From an uncultured delta proteobacterium (GTDB taxonomy: Bacteria; Desulfobacterota; Desulfobacteria; Desulfobacterales; UBA2156): 64,000 nucleotides of DNA. The stretch is taken from contig CAVTQK010000021.1 in NCBI GenBank assembly GCA_963736855.1, forward strand, positions 32,001-96,000, written 5' to 3'. The notes under the pieces are model-generated. The model ran no database searches. It was not told the origin of the DNA and saw only the letters and a program-made list of their open reading frames with translations. Made by a program: the position numbers and the translations under genes. Numbering within the stretch: position 1 is the first letter of the stretch; each line of letters starts with the position of its first letter. Shown piece after piece: positions 39,505 to 48,634 of this stretch.

Positions 39505-40646
39505 TGGATTTTTCATTGAACAAGGAACAGAAAGATATTCAGAAGGCGGCGCGGGAGTTCGCCGTGAAAGAATTCACGGATAAAGCCCAGGTCTTCGATC
39601 GGGAGGAGAGGTTTGATCTGTCCATATGGAAAAAGGCTTGCGACCTGGGATTCGTGGGCGTTTTCATCGATGAGCAATACGGGGGTGCGGGATACGGCTT
39701 CTTCGAGCATTGCCTGATTGCCGAAGAGTTCTGGGCCGCAGACCCGGGGATCGGTGCCGCCATCTTGTCCGCAACCTTCGGGTCCGAATTGCTCCTCCTT
39801 TACGGTACACAAAAGCAGAAAGAAACGATCCTTCCCCAACTCGTGTCCGGGGAGGCCATGATCGGCACCGCCATAACGGAACCGGACGCCGGAAGTGATG
39901 TCACCTCGGCGGTTACCGCCGCCGTTGAAGACGGCAATGATTGGGTGATCAACGGCTCCAAGATGTTCATCACCAACGGGTCCCTGGCCCGGTATATGAT
40001 GGTTTTTTGCCTGACCGATCCGGAAAACCCGTCCCGCCACCACCGGCACAGTTTTTTTGTGGTCAAAACAGATACGCCGGGATTCAAGGCCATCAAAATC
40101 CACGGCAAAATGGGAATCCGGGCTTCAGACACCTCCGAACTCGTCTTGAAGGATGTGCGGATCCCGGCGGAGAACCTGTTGGGAAAACGTGGGGAAGGGT
40201 TTCACCAACTCATGTCTTTTTTCAACCGAACCCGGCTGCATATCTGCGCTCAGGCCGTGGGGCTTGCCAGGGCCGCCCTGGAGGAGTCGATCCGGCACAT
40301 CAAAAACCGCAGGCAGTTCGGTCAGCCCCTGGCTTCTTTTCAGGCCATTCAGTTTAAGATTGCCGAGATGGCCACATGGATTCGGGCCGCCCGGAATCTT
40401 TACTACGAAGCGGCCTGGAGAACCGATCAGGGAAAACTCGATCACGCCCTGGTGGCCATGGCCAAATGGTTTTCCGCCAGGATGGCGGTCCGCTGCGCCG
40501 ACGAGGCCCTCCAAATGCACGGCGGGTACGGATATATCGACGAGTACAAAGTGCAGCGCCTCTACCGGGACGCAAAAATCCTGGAGATCTACGAAGGGAC
40601 CCGGGAAATGGAAAAGGTAATCATCGCACGATCCCTCTTGGGATAA
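39504..40646 (+). CDS. Acyl-CoA dehydrogenase
   Basis: ITEPDAGSD, NGSKMFITNG, KMGIRAS, QMHGGYGY, IYEGT motifs. Confidence 0.95.
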   Translation: MDFSLNKEQKDIQKAAREFAVKEFTDKAQVFDREERFDLSIWKKACDLGFVGVFIDEQYGGAGYGFFEHCLIAEEFWAADPGIGAAILSATFGSELLLLYGTQKQKETILPQLVSGEAMIGTAITEPDAGSDVTSAVTAAVEDGNDWVINGSKMFITNGSLARYMMVFCLTDPENPSRHHRHSFFVVKTDTPGFKAIKIHGKMGIRASDTSELVLKDVRIPAENLLGKRGEGFHQLMSFFNRTRLHICAQAVGLARAALEESIRHIKNRRQFGQPLASFQAIQFKIAEMATWIRAARNLYYEAAWRTDQGKLDHALVAMAKWFSARMAVRCADEALQMHGGYGYIDEYKVQRLYRDAKILEIYEGTREMEKVIIARSLLG

Positions 40647-40655
40647 TTAAGTAAG

Positions 40656-40921
40656 ACCTAAATTGAGCGATTTTCGAATTTGCCGCAGATGCAAGGCGTC
40701 CGGAAGCGAAGGCGTACAATTCGTACGTCGAGCTTTCGGCAACGTAGCAGATGCAGTGAAATCGGAAATCCCAAAGGGTTTTCAATTTGGCAAATAATTC
40801 CACCGCATGCAATTTATGGTACACTCGATGGGTGGGCAATTGGAAGGGTCAACTCCGTTCCAACAAAAAGATATTCAAACACAATTCTTTTTTTGCCGAA
40901 TTGAAAACGATCAGTTTAGGT
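40656..40921 (+). mobile_element. ~265 bp structured MITE-like repeat, copy 2
   Basis: Terminal IR ACCTAAATTGAGCG/CGATCAGTTTAGGT; near-identical inverted copy at 5174-5438. Confidence 0.85.
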
Positions 40922-41142
40922 AATAAAAATTTCTCCAATGCTCGGGTTAGGAAATGAATCTTTGCATCGATAAGATTCATCAATTCTGCGGATTCAAGAG
41001 TGAGCATTGATAGCCGAAAGCTTCTAGTTTTATGATACGGCAGCCATAATGTCGGGACGCTGCCCAAGCCTCGCCAATGATTGAATTTCCCATTTAAGAC
41101 GGCGTTTCCCAGCCTCCCGTAGAGTAGTGCCGGTTGTGTTGA

Positions 41143-41361
41143 TCAGGCATAAGCCAAGCGACCCTTCGGTTGAGGGATAGGCCTACCAATTTCCTTGGCA
41201 GTTTCAATCCACTCTTCGATAATTTTTTCAGCATTGCTAAGAGCCTCCTGGTAGGTCTTGCCGTCGGCCATACATCCTGGAAGTTCAGGAACCTCGGCCA
41301 CATATGCATTGTCTTCGGCACTCCAAAAAATGATTATTTCATATCTCTTACCCATGGTCAC
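41143..41361 (-). CDS. hicB: HicB-family antitoxin (short form)
   Basis: YVAEVPELPGCMADGKTYQEAL..EWIETAKE.GRPIP. Confidence 0.9.
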   Translation of the reverse strand: MTMGKRYEIIIFWSAEDNAYVAEVPELPGCMADGKTYQEALSNAEKIIEEWIETAKEIGRPIPQPKGRLAYA

Positions 41362-41612
41362 TCTCCGATACGAATTTGATAGTTCAGGATTATTTCCCTG
41401 ACCTGCTTAACTTGGTACGGTTTCCCTTTACTGTCCTTTGGTTGTAGGTTGAGTATTTCCTCAACGCCATCCTTGGTAAAAATGTGATTATCACCTTTGA
41501 CACGCTCCCTAAAACCAAGCCGTTTGAGCAAGGCGCATAAAGTTTCGAATGGGACGTTCGCGTCTGATCGGCGCATCAAGATATGCTCATACAGCTTTTC
41601 GATTTTGCCCAT
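41358..41612 (-). CDS. hicA: HicA-family toxin
   Basis: LKRLGF.ERVKGDNHIF..ILNLQP..KPYQVKQV; ATGA overlap with hicB. Confidence 0.88.
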   Translation of the reverse strand: MGKIEKLYEHILMRRSDANVPFETLCALLKRLGFRERVKGDNHIFTKDGVEEILNLQPKDSKGKPYQVKQVREIILNYQIRIGE

Positions 41613-41870
41613 GTTCGGATCTTATCATTTATTCCCCAATGTTAAAAGCCTCTATTCATCCTCCGAGCACTTCTTGCCAAAAAAGTCCACGGTTGAAATC
41701 AGCCGATCACAACCGAGCACTGCTTGCCAAGAGATATAGAATTTCCCCCTATATCCAAAACTGTCCTTCAGCAAGGACTATATTCCCGCCGAACAGACAG
41801 ATATCATAATTGATGATTCATTTCTAAATGGTTGAATTTGCCGATACAAAATAAGGTGCCGGTTTCTAAA

Positions 41871-41899
41871 TTGACATACAACGAGCCCCTTGCTATAAC
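41871..41899 (+). promoter_or_regulatory. Near-consensus sigma70 promoter
   Basis: TTGACA-17 nt-TATAAC with TGn extended -10. Confidence 0.65.
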
Positions 41900-42020
41900 T
41901 CACCAAAATAAAAGCGTTTTCCCGGCGTTAACGGAGGCGGGACGAGCGGCATTCCCGTGGTGGAGCGACGAGTGCGCCAGGAGCGTCCGGATGCAAGAGA
42001 TACAAAAACAGGAGGCAAAC

Positions 42021-42518
42021 ATGAGATTCTTAGCGCTATGGCGAACGATGGCAGCGGCGGTCGGCTTGCTGATGGCAGCCGCGTCGATAGCGCCGGCACA
42101 GGCCGATAGTCTCAACTTTTGCATCGACAGGTGCTTCAATACGTTTAATCCTCCCTCTGACTGCCCTACCTGCACAGGGGAAAGGGACCGATGCGTCGAG
42201 GAGTGCAGCAAACATGCGTACTCCTATGGCGCCATCGCCTACGGCCCCAGGAGCGGGGCCTGGGGCACCTCCTATCGCTGGCAGACGAAGGCAAAAGCGG
42301 AGAGCGAAGCGATGGCCAAGTGCTCGGAGCACGGCAGCGACTGCGAAGTGATGGTATGGTTCGAACACCTATGTGGAGCGGTGGCCACGGGCAGAGACGG
42401 GAAGGTTTCTTGGGGTCTGGGCGACGGCGAGGGTCTGGCGCGCAAAAAGGCCCTAGACAAGTGCGCGCAAGCCGGCGGCAAGGCTTGCAAGGTGCAAGTC
42501 TCACAGTGCTCGCGGTGA
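42021..42518 (+). CDS. Secreted Cys-rich DUF4189-like protein
   Basis: GGAGG RBS, signal peptide (AQA), YGAIAY..A..EA..KC..C....WF...CGAVA..AL..C pattern. Confidence 0.8.
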   Translation: MRFLALWRTMAAAVGLLMAAASIAPAQADSLNFCIDRCFNTFNPPSDCPTCTGERDRCVEECSKHAYSYGAIAYGPRSGAWGTSYRWQTKAKAESEAMAKCSEHGSDCEVMVWFEHLCGAVATGRDGKVSWGLGDGEGLARKKALDKCAQAGGKACKVQVSQCSR

Positions 42519-42708
42519 GGGCCGACCACGCGCGTAAGATCAACGAGTATCTTCCGAACAAATCAGCCGGAAAGTTGTACATGTGGTTGTGCGCTTAGTG
42601 TTTCTGTTCTAAAAGGTTTCCAGGGGACCGCAGATACATATAAAGCCTAAAGCAGCCCGATAAGAAGCGCAAGATCCTGAGATACTTCATTCGCATAGGA
42701 GGTCTGAC

Positions 42709-44346
42709 ATGGTTGTACCAAGCCAGAATCTTGCCCTGAATGCACGCCTGCTGAAATCAAAAGTTAACAAATACGCCGTGTGGGGGGTTGCTATTTCTTT
42801 TGCGGCGATTGTTATCGCAACGATTATATCCGCCTTTTTACAGACTGGTGCGATCGCATTAGACAGCATTTTCGAGGCACAGATATCAAATATGGGCCTC
42901 TGGTTTCTTGATGCCATGCCGTTTGCCTTTGCTATTTGGGGGCAGTATATGGGTACCGTGATATCCAATGAGGCCAGCGCTATGATCGCCGACCAGACTC
43001 AGGAACTGAGGGATCAGGCCGACGCCATCGAGAAAAAGGCGATGCACGGCGCGACCCATGATGCCCTAACCGGGTTGCCCAATCGCGTTTTATTCAGGGA
43101 TCGGGTCCTTCAAGCAGTCCGGAATGCCAGGCGGGAGAAGCGGGGGCTGGGCATTTTACTGATGGACCTGGATCGATTCAAGGAGATCAACGACACCATG
43201 GGGCATTATAACGGAGATCGTCTTCTCAAACAGGTTGCCATGCGCCTTGAGAGTCTTGTACGCGAATCCGACACTCTTGCGCGGCTAGGTGGTGATGAAT
43301 TCGGCATTCTGCTGCAGTCGATCAGCGGTGAAGTTGACATCGGCACGGTGGCCGGGAAGATCCACAACGCCATCAGACCTTCCTTTACCGTAGAAGGACT
43401 GACCCTTGACGTGCAGGTGAGCATTGGGGCTGTGATATTTCCGGATCATGGCGATGATGTGGATGTCTTGATTCAACGCGTGGATGTTGCCATGTATGTC
43501 GCCAAGCAGGAAGGCAGGAATGTTGTCCTTTATTCCCCCAAAATGGATCAGCACAGCCCATACCGCCTGACACTCATCGGCGAATTGCGCAAAGCCATTG
43601 AAAATGATGACCTGGTGCTCCACTATCAACCTAAGGTGGATTGCAAGACCGGAAACGTCCTGGGGGTGGAGTCCCTCATACGATGGAATCATAAGACCCA
43701 TGGAATGATACCCCCGGATGAGTTCATTCCTATCGCCGAAAGGACCGGTTTAATAAAGCAGCTCTCACGCTGGGTGCTTAGAAACGCCCTGCACCAGGGG
43801 GTTGTGTGGCATGCGCAGGGGCTTGATATTGATGTCGCGGTGAATCTTTCAGCGCGCAACCTCCTGGATCCAGACTTTCCCGATGTGATTGCGGGCATGC
43901 TGGCATCCCAGGATTTCCCACCCTCTTCTCTCATTCTCGAAATTACCGAAACAACCATCATGTCGGATCCGGTGTTTGCACTGGAGACCATAAACCGTAT
44001 CTCCAAGATGGGAATCAGATTTTCCATTGATGACTTCGGCACCGGCTATTCATCCCTTTCATACCTGAAGAGACTCCCCATCAGTGAAATCAAAATCGAT
44101 AAATCTTTTATCATGGACATGCTGGGCAATGAGAACGATGCCGTCATCGTTCATACCACCATCAATCTTGCCCATAACCTAGGGCTTAAGGTTGTTGCCG
44201 AGGGGGTTGAAAACACGGAGACACTGGCGGCGCTTCGTGAGTCGGGCTGCGATATGGTACAAGGGTTTTATATCAGCAGACCCCTCAATAGTAAGGATAT
44301 CGGCGCATTGCAGGAAGGGTGGAGGTTAAACCATGGAACATCTTGA
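42709..44346 (+). CDS. Membrane GGDEF-EAL protein
   Basis: HDALTGLPNR, RESD I-site, GGDEF, ESLIRW, DDFGTGYSS, EGVE motifs. Confidence 0.94.
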   Translation: MVVPSQNLALNARLLKSKVNKYAVWGVAISFAAIVIATIISAFLQTGAIALDSIFEAQISNMGLWFLDAMPFAFAIWGQYMGTVISNEASAMIADQTQELRDQADAIEKKAMHGATHDALTGLPNRVLFRDRVLQAVRNARREKRGLGILLMDLDRFKEINDTMGHYNGDRLLKQVAMRLESLVRESDTLARLGGDEFGILLQSISGEVDIGTVAGKIHNAIRPSFTVEGLTLDVQVSIGAVIFPDHGDDVDVLIQRVDVAMYVAKQEGRNVVLYSPKMDQHSPYRLTLIGELRKAIENDDLVLHYQPKVDCKTGNVLGVESLIRWNHKTHGMIPPDEFIPIAERTGLIKQLSRWVLRNALHQGVVWHAQGLDIDVAVNLSARNLLDPDFPDVIAGMLASQDFPPSSLILEITETTIMSDPVFALETINRISKMGIRFSIDDFGTGYSSLSYLKRLPISEIKIDKSFIMDMLGNENDAVIVHTTINLAHNLGLKVVAEGVENTETLAALRESGCDMVQGFYISRPLNSKDIGALQEGWRLNHGTS

Positions 44347-45181
44347 TCCCATAGAGGATAGAAAGGCTACGCGCTTTCCCTTGTCAAGGGAAGAAGGTGT
44401 ATACTGCGTCATTTATAAGCCTAATGTACGGAAAAAGACCATGACCTTAGCCGTATTGGATTTTAGCGAAAAAGGCTTTAGGTTCATGATTAAAGCATAT
44501 TTGGAAAGCGACTTCTCAGTCTCAATTGGAGAAAAGCTATTTCTCATAGAAATCATCGGCACAAGGAATGTAAAATTTGAAAATCCGCTGGAACTCATCG
44601 TCAGATGGAAAAATAAAGATAATGAAAGGATAGATATTGGTTGTGAGATTATTCAAATCACGACGAATTCCAGGAAACAATTCATCGCTTTTATTGAGGC
44701 CGAAGTCTCCTTCAGCGGTATGGGGTATAAAGATCAAATCCCCATGGACTCAAGAGAAATAATTCCTTCGGAAAGCACTTTGGAACCTGAGCACCGAAAA
44801 AGTGGCCGAGATCTCAATGCCTCTCAGCAAGTGGTCTGGCATAAATATTGGCTGATCGGGATTAGCGGAGGATTTTTGATACTTCTATTGGCTTTTTTAT
44901 TTATTCTGCATACCACAGGAGCATTCACGGAGCGCCTTAACAGGATCGAGAACGACCATAAGACTTCACAAACAGCCCTCAAACCCGCCGAAGAGATAGG
45001 GGCCGCCATAAAATTGATCGACGCAAGAATAAACCAGTTAGAGGCATCAATACAGAAAAGCAATAATCAGTTCAATGCCGTTGAAAAAAGGATTACCGAG
45101 CTGGAACAAAAAGTCTCACGGCTGGAAAGTCTTTCCGCCTCTAAGAAATCTTCGGTATCAGATACCACAGTTACGAGGTAG
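44333..45181 (+). CDS. PilZ-domain membrane protein with C-terminal coiled coil
   Basis: RKATR (RxxxR) and DFSEKG (DxSxxG), one TM segment, heptad-rich tail. Confidence 0.75.
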   Translation: MEHLDPIEDRKATRFPLSREEGVYCVIYKPNVRKKTMTLAVLDFSEKGFRFMIKAYLESDFSVSIGEKLFLIEIIGTRNVKFENPLELIVRWKNKDNERIDIGCEIIQITTNSRKQFIAFIEAEVSFSGMGYKDQIPMDSREIIPSESTLEPEHRKSGRDLNASQQVVWHKYWLIGISGGFLILLLAFLFILHTTGAFTERLNRIENDHKTSQTALKPAEEIGAAIKLIDARINQLEASIQKSNNQFNAVEKRITELEQKVSRLESLSASKKSSVSDTTVTR

Positions 45182-45319
45182 AGTTCGGAGCCTAACGCGC
45201 GTTACAACGTCGTGCAATAGGGAGAAAATCTTTTTAGAATCTTAACGCTCGATCTTGATAAAGATGCGCAGGCTGTCAAAGGAACCGATTAAGATACCAA
45301 GAAAAGAAGGAGTCAATCC

Positions 45320-46957
45320 ATGCCAATACAAACGAACCCCGGCGCAGGAATGACCCGCAATGACGAAGAGGCTGTCCTCAAGCAGCTGCGTCAGACTTTT
45401 AGCCAGCTGTCCAACGACATTCCGCTTTACCTCTTTGTAGCCCAAGACCAGGACGATGTATTCGTGCAGGCCATCCGTCAAATAGTGAGGGTCTTCAGGG
45501 AATTGAGCCCCCGGATCACCATCAAGGAACACTACCTGGACCACGCTTTGGCGACCAAGTGGCGCGTGGAAAGCTCACCGACCCTGCTCATCGATCCGGA
45601 ACATTATAATATCCGCTGGCTGGGCGCGCCCATGGGGGAAGAGGGCCGCTCTTTTCTAGAGGCCATGATCCTGCTAGGCCTTGGCCAGAGCCGTGTCAGC
45701 GACCAGTCCAAGACGGTTCTGCAGCGTGTGGATGCGCCTCGGCATCTGAAGATTTTTGTAAGTCCCACGTGTCCCTATTGCCCTCAGCAAGTCGTCAACG
45801 GCCTCAAGGCAGCCATCGAACGCCCGGATATGATCAGCCTTGAAATTATCGACATCCAGTGCCGCCCGGACTTAGCCGAGCAATACAAAGCCCACAGCGT
45901 GCCCCAGGCCTTTGCCAACGAAGTGCTCATCGGCATGGGTGCACAGCAAGAAGAAGTTTTCATGCTCTCTTTGCTGAAGCTCGATCCGCAAACGCTTTTT
46001 ATTCCCGAAAGCACGGCTCAGCTTGTGGAGACCGATCTGGTGGTCATCGGAGGCGGGCCTGCCGGTCTGACTGCCGGTATTTATGCCGTGCGCAGCGGCC
46101 TGAAGGTGGCACTGATCGAACGGGACGTCTTGGGCGGTCAGGTCGCGCTGACGCCCATCGTGGAGAACTACCCTGGGTTTACCCAGGTGGGCGGTAAGAC
46201 CCTGGTGGACATCATGGTCAGCCATGCCCTTCAGTACGTTCAGATTTTCCAGGGCGAGGAGGTGCTGGAGATCAAACCGGGAATGCCTTTTGAAATCCTG
46301 ACCACTCGCCGCAAATTTGTCGCCAAGAGAGTGTTGCTGGCCACAGGCGCTAAACACCGCAATCTGGGCGTGCAGGGTGAACGCCAGTTTTCCGGACGCG
46401 GCGTCAGTTACTGCGCCACCTGCGACGGCCCGTTGTTCAAAGGTCGCAAGGTGATCATGGTGGGCGGCGGCAATTCAGCGGTAACCGAGGCCCTGCACCT
46501 GCATCATATGGGCGTAGATGTCACCATGGTACACCGCCACGATACGCTGCGCGCCCAGGAGGTACTGACCCAGCAGCTGGAAGCCAATCATATTGCGATC
46601 CTTTGGAACACCGAGGTTCAGGAAATACTCGGCAAGGAGCGTGTGGAAAAGGTTCGGCTGATCAACAGCGTCACCGGGAAAACCAGCGAAATGGCGGTCA
46701 GCGGGGTCTTCATTGCCGTGGGTTACCAGCCCTGCGTAGATCTGGCCCAAAAAACCGGCGTAGAGCTCACCGCCGAGGGCTACATCAAGCACGACGCCTT
46801 CCATCGGACCAACATTCCAGGAATCTATTCAGCCGGTGACGTGGAGGGCGGCTACAAACAGATCGTCACGGCCACAGGCCAGGGTGCTGCTGCGGCTATA
46901 ACCATCTTCGAGGACCTGATCAATCCTTATTGGAAAAAACCCCAATCAAGCACCTGA
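45320..46957 (+). CDS. Thioredoxin reductase with N-terminal double thioredoxin-fold domain (AhpF-like)
   Basis: CPYC in the N-domain; GGGPAG, GVSYCATCDG, GGGNSA, AGD motifs. Confidence 0.9.
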   Translation: MPIQTNPGAGMTRNDEEAVLKQLRQTFSQLSNDIPLYLFVAQDQDDVFVQAIRQIVRVFRELSPRITIKEHYLDHALATKWRVESSPTLLIDPEHYNIRWLGAPMGEEGRSFLEAMILLGLGQSRVSDQSKTVLQRVDAPRHLKIFVSPTCPYCPQQVVNGLKAAIERPDMISLEIIDIQCRPDLAEQYKAHSVPQAFANEVLIGMGAQQEEVFMLSLLKLDPQTLFIPESTAQLVETDLVVIGGGPAGLTAGIYAVRSGLKVALIERDVLGGQVALTPIVENYPGFTQVGGKTLVDIMVSHALQYVQIFQGEEVLEIKPGMPFEILTTRRKFVAKRVLLATGAKHRNLGVQGERQFSGRGVSYCATCDGPLFKGRKVIMVGGGNSAVTEALHLHHMGVDVTMVHRHDTLRAQEVLTQQLEANHIAILWNTEVQEILGKERVEKVRLINSVTGKTSEMAVSGVFIAVGYQPCVDLAQKTGVELTAEGYIKHDAFHRTNIPGIYSAGDVEGGYKQIVTATGQGAAAAITIFEDLINPYWKKPQSST

Positions 46958-47009
46958 GGCTGTGGGAGGTCAAACCAAGGCCCCCACCCTGAATGGTCAA
47001 AACGCAGCT

Positions 47010-47125
47010 TGACCGCAAGCTGTTATCCGACTTAAACCGCTGCGGCTGGGAAAGCCTGAAGGCATATTCCAGTTTGGCCTCAAGAAATTCAACGGCAGTA
47101 CCCGGCGCCGCCATCGGCAATCGGG
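47010..47125 (+). pseudogene. IS91-family transposase remnant
   Basis: DRKLLSDLNRCGWESLKAY..AVPGAAI; 52/64 identical to 48638-48701. Confidence 0.7.
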
Positions 47126-47171
47126 AATTAGGAATGAGAGTCTGAGAAATCACTGTGGGGATATCGTCCCG

Positions 47172-47801
47172 ATGCTCATAAAGCTGCCGTCCGGTCTAAG
47201 AATCTGTGTCTACCCCAGCCTTTTTTCGAGATTTCTGCACAGGGATCTTACCATTCGCAGTGGAAACGCCTTCCATCCCAGGCACGTAACCTCAAGGCTC
47301 TGCCTCGAGCTACTGGATCATGCTCTAGAATCGGGAGCTTGCATCAAGCTGCTCGACGTTGGCTGTGGGTCGGGGATTCTCGCCCTGGCAGGGGCCTCCA
47401 TGGGCATTCCCGTCGCGGTGGGGTTGGACATTGATCCACGTGCGGTTCTCTTGTCGCGTGAGAATGCACAAAGGAATCGGTTGGTGGGGAAGGCGCATTG
47501 GTTTGTGGGAACCGTCGAAGCATTGCAGGGTCGCTTCGATTGTATCATCGCAAATCTACCCTTCGAGGCAATCCTGGACAATCTGGATGACCTGGCAAGG
47601 CTGCTCGAATCGAAAGGACGATTGATCCTGTCCGGATTTCAGGATATCCAATGGCATGTAATCCACGATGAGCTCGCCCGCCGCGGAATGTCGATCGACA
47701 AAACATGTTCCGGTGATCTGTCGTTTTACGGAGTTCCTCCTTCGGGCAGTTTCACCTGGATGGCCGTCAGGGCAAGAAAGACAAAAGAGGTGGAGGCATG
47801 A
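47172..47801 (+). CDS. PrmA-like SAM-dependent methyltransferase
   Basis: AF..HVTSRLC, LDVGCGSGILA, IIANL, LILSG motifs; lacks the PrmA N-terminal domain. Confidence 0.82.
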   Translation: MLIKLPSGLRICVYPSLFSRFLHRDLTIRSGNAFHPRHVTSRLCLELLDHALESGACIKLLDVGCGSGILALAGASMGIPVAVGLDIDPRAVLLSRENAQRNRLVGKAHWFVGTVEALQGRFDCIIANLPFEAILDNLDDLARLLESKGRLILSGFQDIQWHVIHDELARRGMSIDKTCSGDLSFYGVPPSGSFTWMAVRARKTKEVEA

Positions 47802-48562
47802 CTGACAAGGGTGTGGTTTTTTTCCCCGATCGCCACCTCGTCGCCACGCCGAGGGAATATCGGCTGGAACCCTATGAGGACGTGTTTTTTCAGGCTGAAG
47901 ACGGGACGCGCCTGCATGGATGGTTCATCAACGGAGCCGATGAGAGTGCGGTCCTGCTCTGGTTGCACGGGAATGCCGAGAACATAAGCCACTGCCTGGA
48001 TAGCGTTGGACGGCTTATCCACACCCTTCACATTTCGGTCTTTCTCTTCGACTACCGGGAATACGGCCTTAGTGAGGGGTATATTTCGAAGCTGGGTACC
48101 ATTTGCGACGCTCGCGGGGCCTATGCGTATCTCGCAAGGAAAAGGGGTTTCAAGGGTTCATCCATAATGTTGTTCGGTCGCTCGCTCGGGACTGCTCCGG
48201 CTGTTGACGTTGCTGCCAGGGAAGAGTGCCTTGGAGTTGTTCTCGAGGCCGCCTTTACGTCAAGTGATGACATGATGCAGTTATATTTCCCCCTCATGCC
48301 GAACCAGGACACCCAGGCATATAAGTTCGACAGCTTATCCCTCATAGACAGGGTTCGATCTCCCATCTTGTTTATTCACGGAGAGTTTGATCATACGATT
48401 CCAATTTCCATGAGCCGCCGCTTGTATGACAGAGCGAGGGCTCCGAAGTACTTCTATGAAGTCAGGGGGGCAGACCACAACAACACGGACATCGTTGGCG
48501 GCTCGGGGTACATCGAGGTGTGGCAGAATTTCATGAGAAATTGCGTTGACAATCGGTTATAG
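47798..48562 (+). CDS. Alpha/beta hydrolase
   Basis: HGNAEN, DYREYG, GRSLG nucleophile, HGEFD, ADHN motifs. Confidence 0.9.
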   Translation: MTDKGVVFFPDRHLVATPREYRLEPYEDVFFQAEDGTRLHGWFINGADESAVLLWLHGNAENISHCLDSVGRLIHTLHISVFLFDYREYGLSEGYISKLGTICDARGAYAYLARKRGFKGSSIMLFGRSLGTAPAVDVAAREECLGVVLEAAFTSSDDMMQLYFPLMPNQDTQAYKFDSLSLIDRVRSPILFIHGEFDHTIPISMSRRLYDRARAPKYFYEVRGADHNNTDIVGGSGYIEVWQNFMRNCVDNRL

Positions 48563-48634
48563 TGGTGGGGCAATCCAAATGTGAGGCTATCGAGCGGATG
48601 CGGTAACTATGAAGATCGATTCGAAAAAAATACA

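Noticed and set aside
41663..41730. Two 18 bp direct repeats with a 32 bp spacer as a mini-CRISPR
   Set aside because: Only two units, too short for CRISPR repeats, and no cas genes
42520..42595. Imperfect long hairpin after the DUF4189-like gene, possible attC
   Set aside because: Pairing is weak and the AAC/GTT core is not intact; cannot be supported without a covariance-model search
45190..45215. GCCTAAC after the PilZ gene stop, resembling an integron attC box
   Set aside because: No matching GTTRRRY partner or extended attC hairpin, and no integrase in the window
47172..47801. Assigning the symbol prmA
   Set aside because: Lacks the N-terminal L11-binding domain and sits in an accessory cassette; only family-level similarity is supported
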